Position numbers and translations under genes: made by a program. From NCBI GenBank assembly GCA_964413685.1, contig CAYPSW010000005.1:35394-99393 (forward strand): a stretch of 64,000 nt of DNA, given 5' to 3'. The notes beneath the pieces were generated by a model. It did no database searches and had not been told where the DNA came from. It was given only the letters and a program-made list of their open reading frames with translations. This DNA is from an uncultured Chitinophagales bacterium. GTDB lineage: Bacteria > Bacteroidota > Bacteroidia > Chitinophagales > S012-47. Of this stretch, positions 17,702 through 27,089 are shown piece after piece. Numbering within the stretch: position 1 is the first letter of the stretch; each line of letters opens with the position of its first letter.

Positions 17702-18646
17702 TTACTGGCTTAATCCCAGAGATTTCCGGTAAGTAGTATCCTGTGGATTATTCTTCGTCCAGTAATCGAGCATGATACTATTTGTCAAGGTGCCCACCGT
17801 GGTCATTTTGTGAGCATCATCACCAAATCCGGAAAGGAAAGATTCTCTGAATTGCAAAATCTTATGTGGAAATTCTGCTTCGAAAACCACACTCAGCGAT
17901 CGGTCGATTTTCTGATAATTAAGGGTATATATTTTCAAATTCTGATTATCCACAACACTGTCTGTCAATTTGGTATTCGCTTTTTGTACACCAATTTCAA
18001 GGTGTCTGAAGCGATTATGTTGCATTGATGGAATAACGAGAACATCGCCCAGCGGAAGTGATTCGGGATTAATCCGAATGCGGGTATAGATTTCATCTTC
18101 CAGCATAGCATTGCCCAGATTGAGTGGTTGATCCCCTTCATCAGGAAAATAGGAATCCAGCATTCCTTCGTATCCTGTACCGGAATAGTCGAGCCTCGTA
18201 AATTCCTGTCCGCACCATTCTTGTCCTGTGAATGTTTCGCGGAGTGTGAATGGATTTGCTTCGAGATTGACCGGTGTGAATACCGAACTCATGATAGAGT
18301 ATGGGTAAATACCTGTAATAAATTTTCTGCTTTGATTCATTTTCATTACAGGAATATCCTGATCTTTTGCGTTCCATGCTTTCACATGTGTTTCAGGGTT
18401 CATGTGCTCGGTAACAAATACAAAAACAGCATCACCATTCCGGTAGGAACCATATCGTGCTTGTCTGAGTTCATAGCGATCCAATTCAGCCTGATTATTA
18501 TACCAATAATCGTTGAACTGCTTGCTAGTGCTATAAGCAGGTACAGGCTCTAACTTTTTTTCAGATTGTTTGATGGTGCTTGACTGACAAGCTATCAATG
18601 TTAGGGCAGATAAATAGGAGAGTATTATTAATCGGGACAACTTCAT
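17702..18646 (-). CDS. Uncharacterised lipoprotein
   Basis: Lipobox LIAC at residues 17-20; conserved-looking segments FNDYWYNNQAEL, LRQARYG, VFVTE and QEWCGQ. Confidence 0.8.
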   Translation of the reverse strand: MKLSRLIILSYLSALTLIACQSSTIKQSEKKLEPVPAYSTSKQFNDYWYNNQAELDRYELRQARYGSYRNGDAVFVFVTEHMNPETHVKAWNAKDQDIPVMKMNQSRKFITGIYPYSIMSSVFTPVNLEANPFTLRETFTGQEWCGQEFTRLDYSGTGYEGMLDSYFPDEGDQPLNLGNAMLEDEIYTRIRINPESLPLGDVLVIPSMQHNRFRHLEIGVQKANTKLTDSVVDNQNLKIYTLNYQKIDRSLSVVFEAEFPHKILQFRESFLSGFGDDAHKMTTVGTLTNSIMLDYWTKNNPQDTTYRKSLGLSQ

Positions 18647-18718
18647 TGTTTATTTTAAGCTGATCAACAAATAGCTAATTAAAAAAGTTGATTAAAAAGT
18701 AAATGTTTAGGGAAACAG

Positions 18719-18751
18719 AAAAAAAAAGCCCGCCAAAAAATTTAGCGGGCT
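18719..18751 (-). terminator. Rho-independent terminator of rplU-rpmA
   Basis: Minus strand AGCCCGC-loop-GCGGGCT followed by a run of T. Confidence 0.85.
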
Positions 18752-18771
18752 CAATCATCATCATGAAAGAT

Positions 18772-19386
18772 TTATTTTCCTTTGACTAAATCGGCAGCCT
18801 GTCCAATCCAATTATCTTTTTCTACTTTGGCTGCTTTAATACCGGCTTCGGTCTCCAACTTCACTAAGTCTTCCGCAGTTAATGCAGACAATTGTGCAAA
18901 GCTTGTTATTCCGGCAGCATTTAATTTTTTCTCATAGGCAGGCCCTAATCCTTCAATCACTTTCAAATTATCCTTTTCAGTTGATAGGTCAGCCTGAGCT
19001 TTCTCTTTTTTTACTTCTTTCGGTGCTTTCTTTTCAGGTGTTTTCTTTTCAGGTGTTTTTTCTACAGCTTGTTCTACTTCTCCACCTACTTCTACAATAG
19101 CCAGATTTTGTCCGGTGATGCTATTGTATTTGTCTGGAGAAAGCACAGATACATACGAGCGATTTTTTCTCTTTTTTGTGAAATAAACAATTCCGTCCTG
19201 CAGGGCAAAAAGGGTGTGATCTCTTCCCATGCCTACTCCCTCACTAGGATGGTGGGTAGTGCCACGTTGGCGAATAATGATATTTCCTGCAATGGCTAGT
19301 TGCCCGCCATAAATCTTTACTCCTAATCTTTTGCTATGCGATTCGCGACCATTTCTACTACTTCCTGCTCCTTTCTTGTGTGCCAT
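18772..19386 (-). CDS. rpmA: 50S ribosomal protein L27 with a long C-terminal extension
   Basis: [24 protein letters not shown]...IIRQRGT...GRDHTLFAL core; continues about 120 aa in frame. Confidence 0.96.
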   Translation of the reverse strand: MAHKKGAGSSRNGRESHSKRLGVKIYGGQLAIAGNIIIRQRGTTHHPSEGVGMGRDHTLFALQDGIVYFTKKRKNRSYVSVLSPDKYNSITGQNLAIVEVGGEVEQAVEKTPEKKTPEKKAPKEVKKEKAQADLSTEKDNLKVIEGLGPAYEKKLNAAGITSFAQLSALTAEDLVKLETEAGIKAAKVEKDNWIGQAADLVKGK

Positions 19387-19419
19387 TTCCTATGTCAGTT
19401 TTCTTGTTTGTTTAAAGGC

Positions 19420-19728
19420 TTAGCTAATGGTATCAATCTTGATTTTAGAAAATTGTTGCCGATGCCCATTGCTTTTCTGATAGCCTTTTCTTCTTTTCTT
19501 TTTGAAGACAATTACTTTATCACCTTTTAAATGTTCCAGAATGGTTGCATTCACTTTGGCTTTATCAACGCTTGGGGTGCCTATTGTCACCTTCCCATCA
19601 TTATCTTTTAAAAGCACTTCTTTAAAGGATACTTTATCACCGGGATTACCTTCCAACCGATGGACAAAAATTTCCTGATCTTTTTCTACCTTAAATTGTT
19701 GTCCTGCTATGTTTACTATGACGTACAT
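19420..19728 (-). CDS. rplU: 50S ribosomal protein L21 (102 aa)
   Basis: Start moved to ATG 19728: MYVIVNIAGQQFKV...KGDKVIVFKKKRRKGYQKSNGHRQ. Confidence 0.97.
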   Translation of the reverse strand: MYVIVNIAGQQFKVEKDQEIFVHRLEGNPGDKVSFKEVLLKDNDGKVTIGTPSVDKAKVNATILEHLKGDKVIVFKKKRRKGYQKSNGHRQQFSKIKIDTIS

Positions 19729-19754
19729 CTTCTTCTTTGTTTGAAATCGGAGTG

Positions 19755-19762
19755 CAAAGATA
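19755..19762 (-). promoter_or_regulatory. -7 element (TATCTTTG) of rplU-rpmA
   Basis: Exact TAnnTTTG followed by CA, 26 nt upstream of the rplU ATG. Confidence 0.75.
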
Positions 19763-19822
19763 AGTAATCGATTCTGAATATTCAATTATGATGCTGAATA
19801 TTTTTATCAACACGAGCAATAT

Positions 19823-19851
19823 AAAAACCCGATTTAATTAAACCGGGTTTT
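19823..19851 (-). terminator. Terminator-like hairpin downstream of the 161-aa gene
   Basis: AAAACCCGATTTAATTAAACCGGGTTTT near-perfect palindrome with a T-tract on the minus strand. Confidence 0.65.
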
Positions 19852-19877
19852 AGAATGATTATACAAGGTGAAGGATG

Positions 19878-20363
19878 TTAATTTTTTCTGTGTTTATCTC
19901 TGAATAGAATCAGTCTGGCTGAAAGACCGGTTTCCCATCCAAATCGTCTGGAACGTACTCCTAAGTCAGAATTCGGATAATTGAAATCTAATTGCGGTTT
20001 TATGTCAACGCTGAATAACAGGGGAAGCAAAGGAGTCTTTATTTCTATTCCGGCAATACCATCAATTCCATAATAGAATTGAGTATGCTGTACGTTTCCC
20101 AAGTGAGCTCCAGCTCCAAAATAGGTATTGAATCCACGGAAGATAATCGGAATATGGCGCTCAATCATGGCTGTGCCTTCAAACGCTGTTTTGTTAGCCG
20201 TTAGCAAAGCTTCGAAAGTTTTGTTTGTTCCAAATCGTTGTTGAACCGTTAGCCCCATTCCGGCATTTTCGAAACGGATACCGGCTGCGGTTTGATATTT
20301 CTGTGCCATAGTCGTCAATCCTCCTGCAACAATCAATAGCATTAATAACATTAATTTTTTCAT
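19878..20363 (-). CDS. Small secreted protein, probably an outer-membrane beta-barrel
   Basis: Signal peptide ending TTMA/Q; alternating amphipathic beta-strands such as FNTYFGAGAHLG and YGIDGIAGIEIK. Confidence 0.75.
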   Translation of the reverse strand: MKKLMLLMLLIVAGGLTTMAQKYQTAAGIRFENAGMGLTVQQRFGTNKTFEALLTANKTAFEGTAMIERHIPIIFRGFNTYFGAGAHLGNVQHTQFYYGIDGIAGIEIKTPLLPLLFSVDIKPQLDFNYPNSDLGVRSRRFGWETGLSARLILFRDKHRKN

Positions 20364-20414
20364 GATTGATATTTTTTAGTATAGCCTTTATAACGCAAGG
20401 GCTATGCCATAAAA

Positions 20415-21653
20415 TTATCTGAGCCGTTCAAGGGCTTCTACCCGTGCAAAGACAGGAGGATGAGAATAATGCATTTTTACGAACAGGGGATGTGGATCTG
20501 GGAAGGATAAATTTTTGACACTTAATTTTTCCAGCGCATCAATTAAGTGCTCCGCTCCATGCGTTTTGGCTGAAAATGCATCGGCTTGAAATTCATTACG
20601 TCTCGAAACAGCATTTGTAATAAAACTGCTTAATTGCATGAGTGGTGTTAATAAAAAGGAAAAAACTAACAGGCTGATATGAAATGATGGCTCTGCAATT
20701 CCCAGTGCCTGAGGTAGTTCAGAGAGATTCAGCGATAGCCCGAAAAGGAAAAACAGAAGTCCGGTCTGCCCGATTGATAATAAAATGCCACTCAGAATAT
20801 GCTTTTTTTTATAGTGCCCCACCTCATGCGCCAAAACAGCAATCAATTCATTTTCACTGTGCTGGTCAATTAATGTATCGAACAACACGATACTTTTTTT
20901 GCCACCAAGACCACTGAAAAAGGCGTTGGCTTTGCTTGAACGTAATGAGCCGTTCATTACAAATATTTTCTTCAATGGAAATGCTACTTTATTAGCAAAT
21001 GCTGTGATTTGGCTGCGCAAATGGCCTTCTTCTAATGGTAGCAGTTTGTTAAATAATGGTATAAAAAGACTTGTATAGAATATAGTGATAAAAAGCAAAA
21101 CGATAATCATAATGCCCCATCCAATCAACCAGAACCAGGAAGCAGTCCATTGATAAAACCAAATGATAAGCGATAGCAGTCCGCCTCCGAGTATAGCCAT
21201 CAAAATCCATCCTTTCAATTTGTCTTTGACGAATAAAATAGGGCTAGTTCGGTTGAAACCAAATTTGTTTTCTATCACGAAGGTTTTGTAAATTGAAAAG
21301 GGGAGGGATAAGATATCGCTGATAAAAAGCAATATGCCAAAGAAAAGTAAAGCACGGATTATTTCGTATTCATTGATTTGTGCGATCTGACCATCGAGCC
21401 AGGCAAAGCTGCCAGTAAATAAAAGGACAAGCAGCAAAGAGGTGCTAAATAAACTACTGATAAAAGACAATCGAAAATTTTGCTGGTGATACACTATTGC
21501 TTTATTGTAAGAATCGGTATCGTAAAATTTGTTCAGCTTTTCTGGTAAGTCCGGTTTGGCATGCTGGAGGTTCAACCACATCAGCAAATGATCAGATGCG
21601 AATCCGAAAAGAATAAATCCAATGATTAGCCAGAAAATAGGATTAAACATCAT
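20415..21653 (-). CDS. M48-family zinc metallopeptidase (Ste24/CAAX-protease-like)
   Basis: AHEVGH zinc motif, NAFFSG, EFQADAF and HYSHPP; N-terminal TM bundle. Confidence 0.93.
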   Translation of the reverse strand: MMFNPIFWLIIGFILFGFASDHLLMWLNLQHAKPDLPEKLNKFYDTDSYNKAIVYHQQNFRLSFISSLFSTSLLLVLLFTGSFAWLDGQIAQINEYEIIRALLFFGILLFISDILSLPFSIYKTFVIENKFGFNRTSPILFVKDKLKGWILMAILGGGLLSLIIWFYQWTASWFWLIGWGIMIIVLLFITIFYTSLFIPLFNKLLPLEEGHLRSQITAFANKVAFPLKKIFVMNGSLRSSKANAFFSGLGGKKSIVLFDTLIDQHSENELIAVLAHEVGHYKKKHILSGILLSIGQTGLLFFLFGLSLNLSELPQALGIAEPSFHISLLVFSFLLTPLMQLSSFITNAVSRRNEFQADAFSAKTHGAEHLIDALEKLSVKNLSFPDPHPLFVKMHYSHPPVFARVEALERLR

Positions 21654-21748
21654 GCAAAAATAAACTAATCATCATTTCTTACTCTGTCGATACTTCATCG
21701 GCACGCATATTCGTTTATGATGCCTTTCTATTTCCTAATTTTGCACGC

Positions 21749-23248
21749 ATGGGATTGAAGTCTGTTTTTATGAAACGGTATGTGCGTTATGTTAGCCATC
21801 GGCTCGAAAAATGGCGGAGTAGGCAGATTGAAGATCAACAACACATTTTAAAAGGCCTTCTTAAAAAGGGGGGAAATACCCAATTCGGAAAAGATCATCA
21901 TTTCGAATCAATCAAAACGTATGATGAATTCAAAAAGTCTATCCCTATCCGGGATTACGAGGCTTTGCGTCCATATCTTGATAGGGTAGTAGCCGGAGAG
22001 GAGAATATCTGCTGGCCAGGCAAGCCCCTTTATTTTGCGAAAACATCCGGTACCACTTCAGGCACAAAATATATCCCCATATCAAAGGAATCGATGAGCA
22101 ATCATATTCATGCAGCGCACGATGCTTTGATGAATTATGTTCATCTCGCTGGTCTTAGCTCCATTTTCGATGGCAAGATGATATTCTTATCAGGCAGTCC
22201 TGTTTTGGAGAAAAAAAATGGCATCCTGACTGGGCGCTTATCCGGCATTGTAAATCACCATATCCCTGCATGGCTCCATAAAAATCAACTCCCTTCCCAT
22301 GAGACGAATTGCATCGATGACTGGGAGCAAAAAGTTGATACTATTGTTGAGGAAACCTGGCAGAAGAATATGACACTTATCAGCGGAATACCGCCCTGGA
22401 TACAAATGTATTATGAGCGATTAATGAAAAAATCGGGCAAAAAAATCGGTGACCTGTTTCCTGCTTACCAATTATTCATTTATGGTGGTGTTAACTTCAG
22501 TCCTTATCGGGAAAAATTGCTCGAGATGCAGGGGAGATATGTTCATACTTTAGCTACCTATCCTGCCTCTGAGGGGTTTATCGCTTTTCAGGACCAATTG
22601 AATGATAACAGTCTGTTACTGAATACGCACGATGGAATTTTCTACGAATTTGTGAAAGCAGATGAAATATTTGATGAAAATCCTACCAGATATTCTTTGG
22701 AGGAAATAGAAAAAGGAATACATTATGCCATTATTCTGAGCACCAATGCAGGGCTATGGGCTTATAATATTGGTGACACGGTAAAATTTGTTTCTACGCA
22801 GCCCTATCGTTTGCATGTTACTGGCCGGACCAAACATTTTATCTCGGCTTTTGGCGAGCATGTGATTGCGGAAGAAGTAGAATCAGCGTTGGACGAAGTG
22901 GCGAGCCATCATAATGCCCAGATTATTGAGTTTACGGTGGCAGCTCAGGTTGCACCCCAGGAAGGCTTGCCTTATCATGAGTGGTATATTGAATTTGAAA
23001 ATGCCCCGTTCGATTTGGACTCTTTTGCCGGAGAATTGAACAAGGCCATGATGATGAAAAATACCTATTATCACGATTTAATTGATGGTGCTGTTTTACG
23101 TCCGCTTGTTTTACGCTGTCTGCATAAGGATTCCTTCAGAAACTATATGAAATCAATTGGTAAATTAGGCGGGCAGAATAAGGTACCTCGATTAGCCAAT
23201 AATCGGGATATTGCTGACAAACTGAATGGGTTTATTTTAAAAAGATAG
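21749..23248 (+). CDS. GH3-family acyl-adenylating amido-synthetase-like protein
   Basis: FAKTSGTTSGTKYIP, YPASEGFIA, GLWAYNIGDTVKF and GGQNKVPRL motifs. Confidence 0.9.
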   Translation: MGLKSVFMKRYVRYVSHRLEKWRSRQIEDQQHILKGLLKKGGNTQFGKDHHFESIKTYDEFKKSIPIRDYEALRPYLDRVVAGEENICWPGKPLYFAKTSGTTSGTKYIPISKESMSNHIHAAHDALMNYVHLAGLSSIFDGKMIFLSGSPVLEKKNGILTGRLSGIVNHHIPAWLHKNQLPSHETNCIDDWEQKVDTIVEETWQKNMTLISGIPPWIQMYYERLMKKSGKKIGDLFPAYQLFIYGGVNFSPYREKLLEMQGRYVHTLATYPASEGFIAFQDQLNDNSLLLNTHDGIFYEFVKADEIFDENPTRYSLEEIEKGIHYAIILSTNAGLWAYNIGDTVKFVSTQPYRLHVTGRTKHFISAFGEHVIAEEVESALDEVASHHNAQIIEFTVAAQVAPQEGLPYHEWYIEFENAPFDLDSFAGELNKAMMMKNTYYHDLIDGAVLRPLVLRCLHKDSFRNYMKSIGKLGGQNKVPRLANNRDIADKLNGFILKR

Positions 23249-24412
23249 ATGTCTGATAACAAAAAACATATTGCTATTCTCGGTTCAACAGGCTCTATCG
23301 GCTCGCAGGCACTGGAGGTTATCCGTGCTCATCCTGATAAATTTATTGCTGAAATCCTGACTGCTAATGGCAACAGCGATTTACTGATTAAACAGGCAAA
23401 AGAGTTCATGCCAAATGCGGTGGTGATTGCTGAAGATAGCCAGTATGCTAAGGTGCGAAATGCGCTTATAAAAAATGACATCAAAGTTTTTACCGGAGCA
23501 GAGGCCCTGAAACAAGTGGTCACATTTGATTCGGTTGATCTGGTTTTAACGGCCATTGTAGGTTTTGCCGGCCTTGAATCAACCATCAGTGCCATCGAAG
23601 CAGGAAAAAACATTGCTCTGGCTAATAAAGAAACGTTGGTAGTAGCCGGAGAAATTGTAACCCGTCTTGCCCGCGAAAAGGGAATAAATATTTATCCGGT
23701 CGATTCTGAACACTCGGCTATTTTTCAATGTCTGGCCGGAGAGTTTAGAAACCCGATTGAAAAAATTATTCTGACTGCATCAGGCGGTCCCTTCAGGGGC
23801 ATGAGTCTGATGGATTTAGCGAAAATTACGAAAGCTCAGGCACTGAAACACCCCAATTGGGACATGGGGGCAAAGATTACTATTGACTCGGCCAGCATGA
23901 TGAACAAAGGACTTGAAGTGATCGAAGCTCAATGGTTGTTCGGCATCAAAGCGGCACAAATTGAAGTGATTGTGCATCCTCAATCTATTATCCATTCGAT
24001 GGTGCAATTTAAAGATGGTTCAATAAAAGCTCAAATGGGCTTGCCAGATATGCGCCTGCCCATTCAATATGCGTTTGGATATCCCAACCGGCTGTCAGCT
24101 TCTTTCCCACGTTTCAGTTTTGCAGATTATCCGGCCCTTACTTTTGAAAAACCGGACATGGAAACGTTCAAAAATCTGGCCTTGGCTTTTAATGCCATTG
24201 AAAGGGGTGGGAATATGCCTTGCATTTTAAATGCTGCCAACGAGGTGATTGTGAAAGCCTTCCTGAATGACCGCATTCAGTTTATCGATATGCCCAATTT
24301 TATTCAACAGGCCATGGAGCAAATTGATTTTGTTCCAAATCCTTCTATTAATGATTTGCTGGAGTCTGACCTGATGACACGTAATCTCCTGATTGACCTA
24401 TTGAATAAATAA
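23249..24412 (+). CDS. dxr: 1-deoxy-D-xylulose-5-phosphate reductoisomerase
   Basis: ILGSTGSIG, LANKE, PVDSEHSA and KITIDSASMMNKGLEVIEA motifs. Confidence 0.98.
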   Translation: MSDNKKHIAILGSTGSIGSQALEVIRAHPDKFIAEILTANGNSDLLIKQAKEFMPNAVVIAEDSQYAKVRNALIKNDIKVFTGAEALKQVVTFDSVDLVLTAIVGFAGLESTISAIEAGKNIALANKETLVVAGEIVTRLAREKGINIYPVDSEHSAIFQCLAGEFRNPIEKIILTASGGPFRGMSLMDLAKITKAQALKHPNWDMGAKITIDSASMMNKGLEVIEAQWLFGIKAAQIEVIVHPQSIIHSMVQFKDGSIKAQMGLPDMRLPIQYAFGYPNRLSASFPRFSFADYPALTFEKPDMETFKNLALAFNAIERGGNMPCILNAANEVIVKAFLNDRIQFIDMPNFIQQAMEQIDFVPNPSINDLLESDLMTRNLLIDLLNK

Positions 24413-24529
24413 AATGGGTCTAAATGAAATTTTTATCACCTAAATAGCATTATTATGGACGATTTAGATTTTGCCAGCCGCTTATTGCGGAAGCTTCTTA
24501 TTTTTACAGCCGCTTAAATCAACTCATAC

Positions 24530-25855
24530 ATGGTCATTCTTATTAAAGCTCTTCAATTTTTTCTTAGTCTTTCCATTTTAGTTATTCTTCATGAGTTCGG
24601 TCATTTTTTGGCTGCAAGACTTTTTAAAACACGGGTGGAGAAATTTTACATGTTTTTTAATCCGTGGTTCTCCATTTTTAAAAAGAAAATTGGCGATACT
24701 GAATATGGAATGGGTTGGGTACCTCTGGGTGGCTATGTAAAAATCAGCGGTATGATTGATGAGTCGATGGATAAAGAAGCCATGAAACAGCTGCCTCAGC
24801 CCTGGGAATTCAGATCGAAACCCGCCTGGCAACGTCTCATTATTATGATTGGTGGGGTCACGGTGAATGCCATTCTGGCCGTCTTGATTTTTGCTATGAT
24901 ATTATTTGTATGGGGTAAGCCATATATCGCACCTGAAAATCTTACTTATGGTGTTTATGCGGACTCAATCGGTTATAGTATCGGGATTCAGGATGGAGAC
25001 AAAATTTTGTCTGTTGGTGGGGAACCGTACACTGATTTTAACAAATTGAACTACGAAATTATCATTCGCGAGGCCAAAACACTGGGTGTCGAGCGGGATG
25101 GTCAGATGATGGATCTTGCAATTCCTGCGGGAACAATCAACCGGATTATATCAAAGCGCAATGGTTCAATCGCTTTTCCAAGGTTTCCTGTTCAGGTAAA
25201 GGAAGTGAGTGATGCATCGCAGGCTATGGAAGCCGGTTTACAAGCGGATGACCGGATTATTAGTGTTAACCAAAAACCAAGCGAGTTTTATCACGATTTT
25301 ACGAATGAGATGCATGCTCACAAGTTAGAAGAAATTGAGCTCGGTATTATTCGTGGCAAGGATTCTATGGTATTGCATCCGAAAGTTTCGGAAGAAGGCA
25401 CGATTGGTTTTTTAACCTATACACCTTCTCATTTCCTGAAACAAGACACGCTGAACTATGGATTTTTTGCTTCCATACCGGCAGGATTACGTGAGGCAAA
25501 GAACAATTTGCAGGATTATGTGAAGCAGATTAAAATGATTTTCACCTCCTCTGAAATTAATGCCAGTGAATCGGTAGGTGGTTTTATTTCCATCGGAAGT
25601 ATTTTCTCACCCACCTGGGAATGGCATCGATTCTGGGCTATGACGGCCTGGCTATCGCTGATACTTGCCTTTATGAATCTCTTGCCTATCCCTGCTCTGG
25701 ATGGCGGTCATGTGTTGTTTGTTTTATTTGAAATGATCTCGGGCCGAAAACCCAGCGATAAGTTTCTTGAATATGCGCAGGTTGGAGGTATGCTGATTTT
25801 AATAGCTTTATTGGTATTTGCCAATGCGAACGATGTTATTCGATTGTTTCGCTAA
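24530..25855 (+). CDS. rseP: RIP metalloprotease RseP
   Basis: HEFGH, PLGGYVKISGM, two PDZ-like regions and NLLPIPALDGG. Confidence 0.95.
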   Translation: MVILIKALQFFLSLSILVILHEFGHFLAARLFKTRVEKFYMFFNPWFSIFKKKIGDTEYGMGWVPLGGYVKISGMIDESMDKEAMKQLPQPWEFRSKPAWQRLIIMIGGVTVNAILAVLIFAMILFVWGKPYIAPENLTYGVYADSIGYSIGIQDGDKILSVGGEPYTDFNKLNYEIIIREAKTLGVERDGQMMDLAIPAGTINRIISKRNGSIAFPRFPVQVKEVSDASQAMEAGLQADDRIISVNQKPSEFYHDFTNEMHAHKLEEIELGIIRGKDSMVLHPKVSEEGTIGFLTYTPSHFLKQDTLNYGFFASIPAGLREAKNNLQDYVKQIKMIFTSSEINASESVGGFISIGSIFSPTWEWHRFWAMTAWLSLILAFMNLLPIPALDGGHVLFVLFEMISGRKPSDKFLEYAQVGGMLILIALLVFANANDVIRLFR

Positions 25856-25970
25856 ATATTCAGAGTCTCATTCACAATACACCTCCGCGAATTTTAGTTG
25901 AAAGACTGTCGCAATAGTTAATGCCTTTGTATATACTATTGTAGCTACAATCAGTCTAAATACCACCTCT

Positions 25971-26840
25971 ATGCGCAAGCTGTTTTTAACCCTTTGCCTG
26001 TTTTCCTTTACTCAATATGGTTTTGCAAACGCTCTTTACCAATCAAACGGTGATACTGTAAGTGAGCGACCTGTAAGAATCATGATTATTCCATTAAACC
26101 CCACCTACTATTTATCTGATGCCGATCAGCAATTATCGGAGTATAATCACGTCAGTTCTAAACAAATTAGAGATTGGTTTCGCTCGGGACTGGAAGCCAA
26201 TGTTAATGCCGGTATTATCACCAACGATGAATATCAGACCCAGCGATTTATTGATGCTGATAACGAGGATCTGCAAAATGATTTGCACCAGATTTATTAT
26301 GGTTATGGCCTGGCTTATGAGAAAGCCCTTTTGCCCAATATAGTTGAAGGCGAAGTAGAGCATAAATCAGTCAGTGATATAATTACTGATTTGTTTAAAC
26401 AGGACGATTCAAATCGGTCGGCAAGCGATAAACACAATCTTGGCGAAGTTTATCCTTCCGATCAGGATGACCAATACCTGAACATCAAGTTGCACAATCC
26501 CCGGATGCTGAGCGATTTAGCCGAAAAATATCAGGTTGATATGTTTGTCTTTATCAACCAGTTTGAGGTAAAAACAAATTACGAAACCTGCCTCGACCGG
26601 GCTACCAATAATTTTGAACGTCAGTTTACAGTTCACTTTTCCATTTTCAATAAAAAGGGTAAACAGATTTATGGCAATTCAGCCACCCTTTATACGGATT
26701 CAAATTCGCGTGACATGACAGAGATCATCAGTCATTATTTACCCAAACTTTGTGGATATATATCAGATCAGGTGCCTGCAAGAATCAAAGTAAAACCGGA
26801 TCAGCAGGCAGAACAAGACAGCAGTATCTGGCAAGAATGA
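25971..26840 (+). CDS. Uncharacterised secreted or periplasmic protein
   Basis: 289-aa ORF with signal peptide MRKLFLTLCLFSFTQYGFA; no family recognised. Confidence 0.75.
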   Translation: MRKLFLTLCLFSFTQYGFANALYQSNGDTVSERPVRIMIIPLNPTYYLSDADQQLSEYNHVSSKQIRDWFRSGLEANVNAGIITNDEYQTQRFIDADNEDLQNDLHQIYYGYGLAYEKALLPNIVEGEVEHKSVSDIITDLFKQDDSNRSASDKHNLGEVYPSDQDDQYLNIKLHNPRMLSDLAEKYQVDMFVFINQFEVKTNYETCLDRATNNFERQFTVHFSIFNKKGKQIYGNSATLYTDSNSRDMTEIISHYLPKLCGYISDQVPARIKVKPDQQAEQDSSIWQE

Positions 26841-26896
26841 TTCTCTTTCGGATAAAAACAATCTGATTTACTATGGTCTTTTCCCGAATCTTTAAA

Positions 26897-26904
26897 TAAC
26901 TTTG
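26897..26904 (+). promoter_or_regulatory. -7 element (TAACTTTG) for tRNA-Leu
   Basis: Exact TAnnTTTG match about 50 nt upstream of the tRNA. Confidence 0.65.
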
Positions 26905-26956
26905 CTGCCCTGATTTAAAGAGGAAATTATCAGTTCTTGAAAACATAGTGTGAAAT

Positions 26957-27040
26957 GCCCAGGTGGCGGAATTGGTAGACGCGCTGGTCTCAAACACCAG
27001 TGGGAGCGATCCCGTGTCGGTTCGACCCCGACTCTGGGTA
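26957..27040 (+). tRNA. tRNA-Leu(CAA)
   Basis: GCCCAGGTGGCGGAATTGGTAGACGCGCTGGTCTCAAACACCAG...GGTTCGACCCCGACTCTGGGTA; anticodon CAA; long variable arm; CCA not encoded. Confidence 0.97.
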
Positions 27041-27044
27041 CATT

Positions 27045-27073
27045 AAAAAAGCAGCTGAGAAGCTGCTTTTTTT
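27045..27073. terminator. Bidirectional terminator between tRNA-Leu and the SDR gene
   Basis: AAAAAAGCAGCT-GAGA-AGCTGCTTTTTTT. Confidence 0.85.
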
Positions 27074-27089
27074 AATTTCTCTGCTGATG

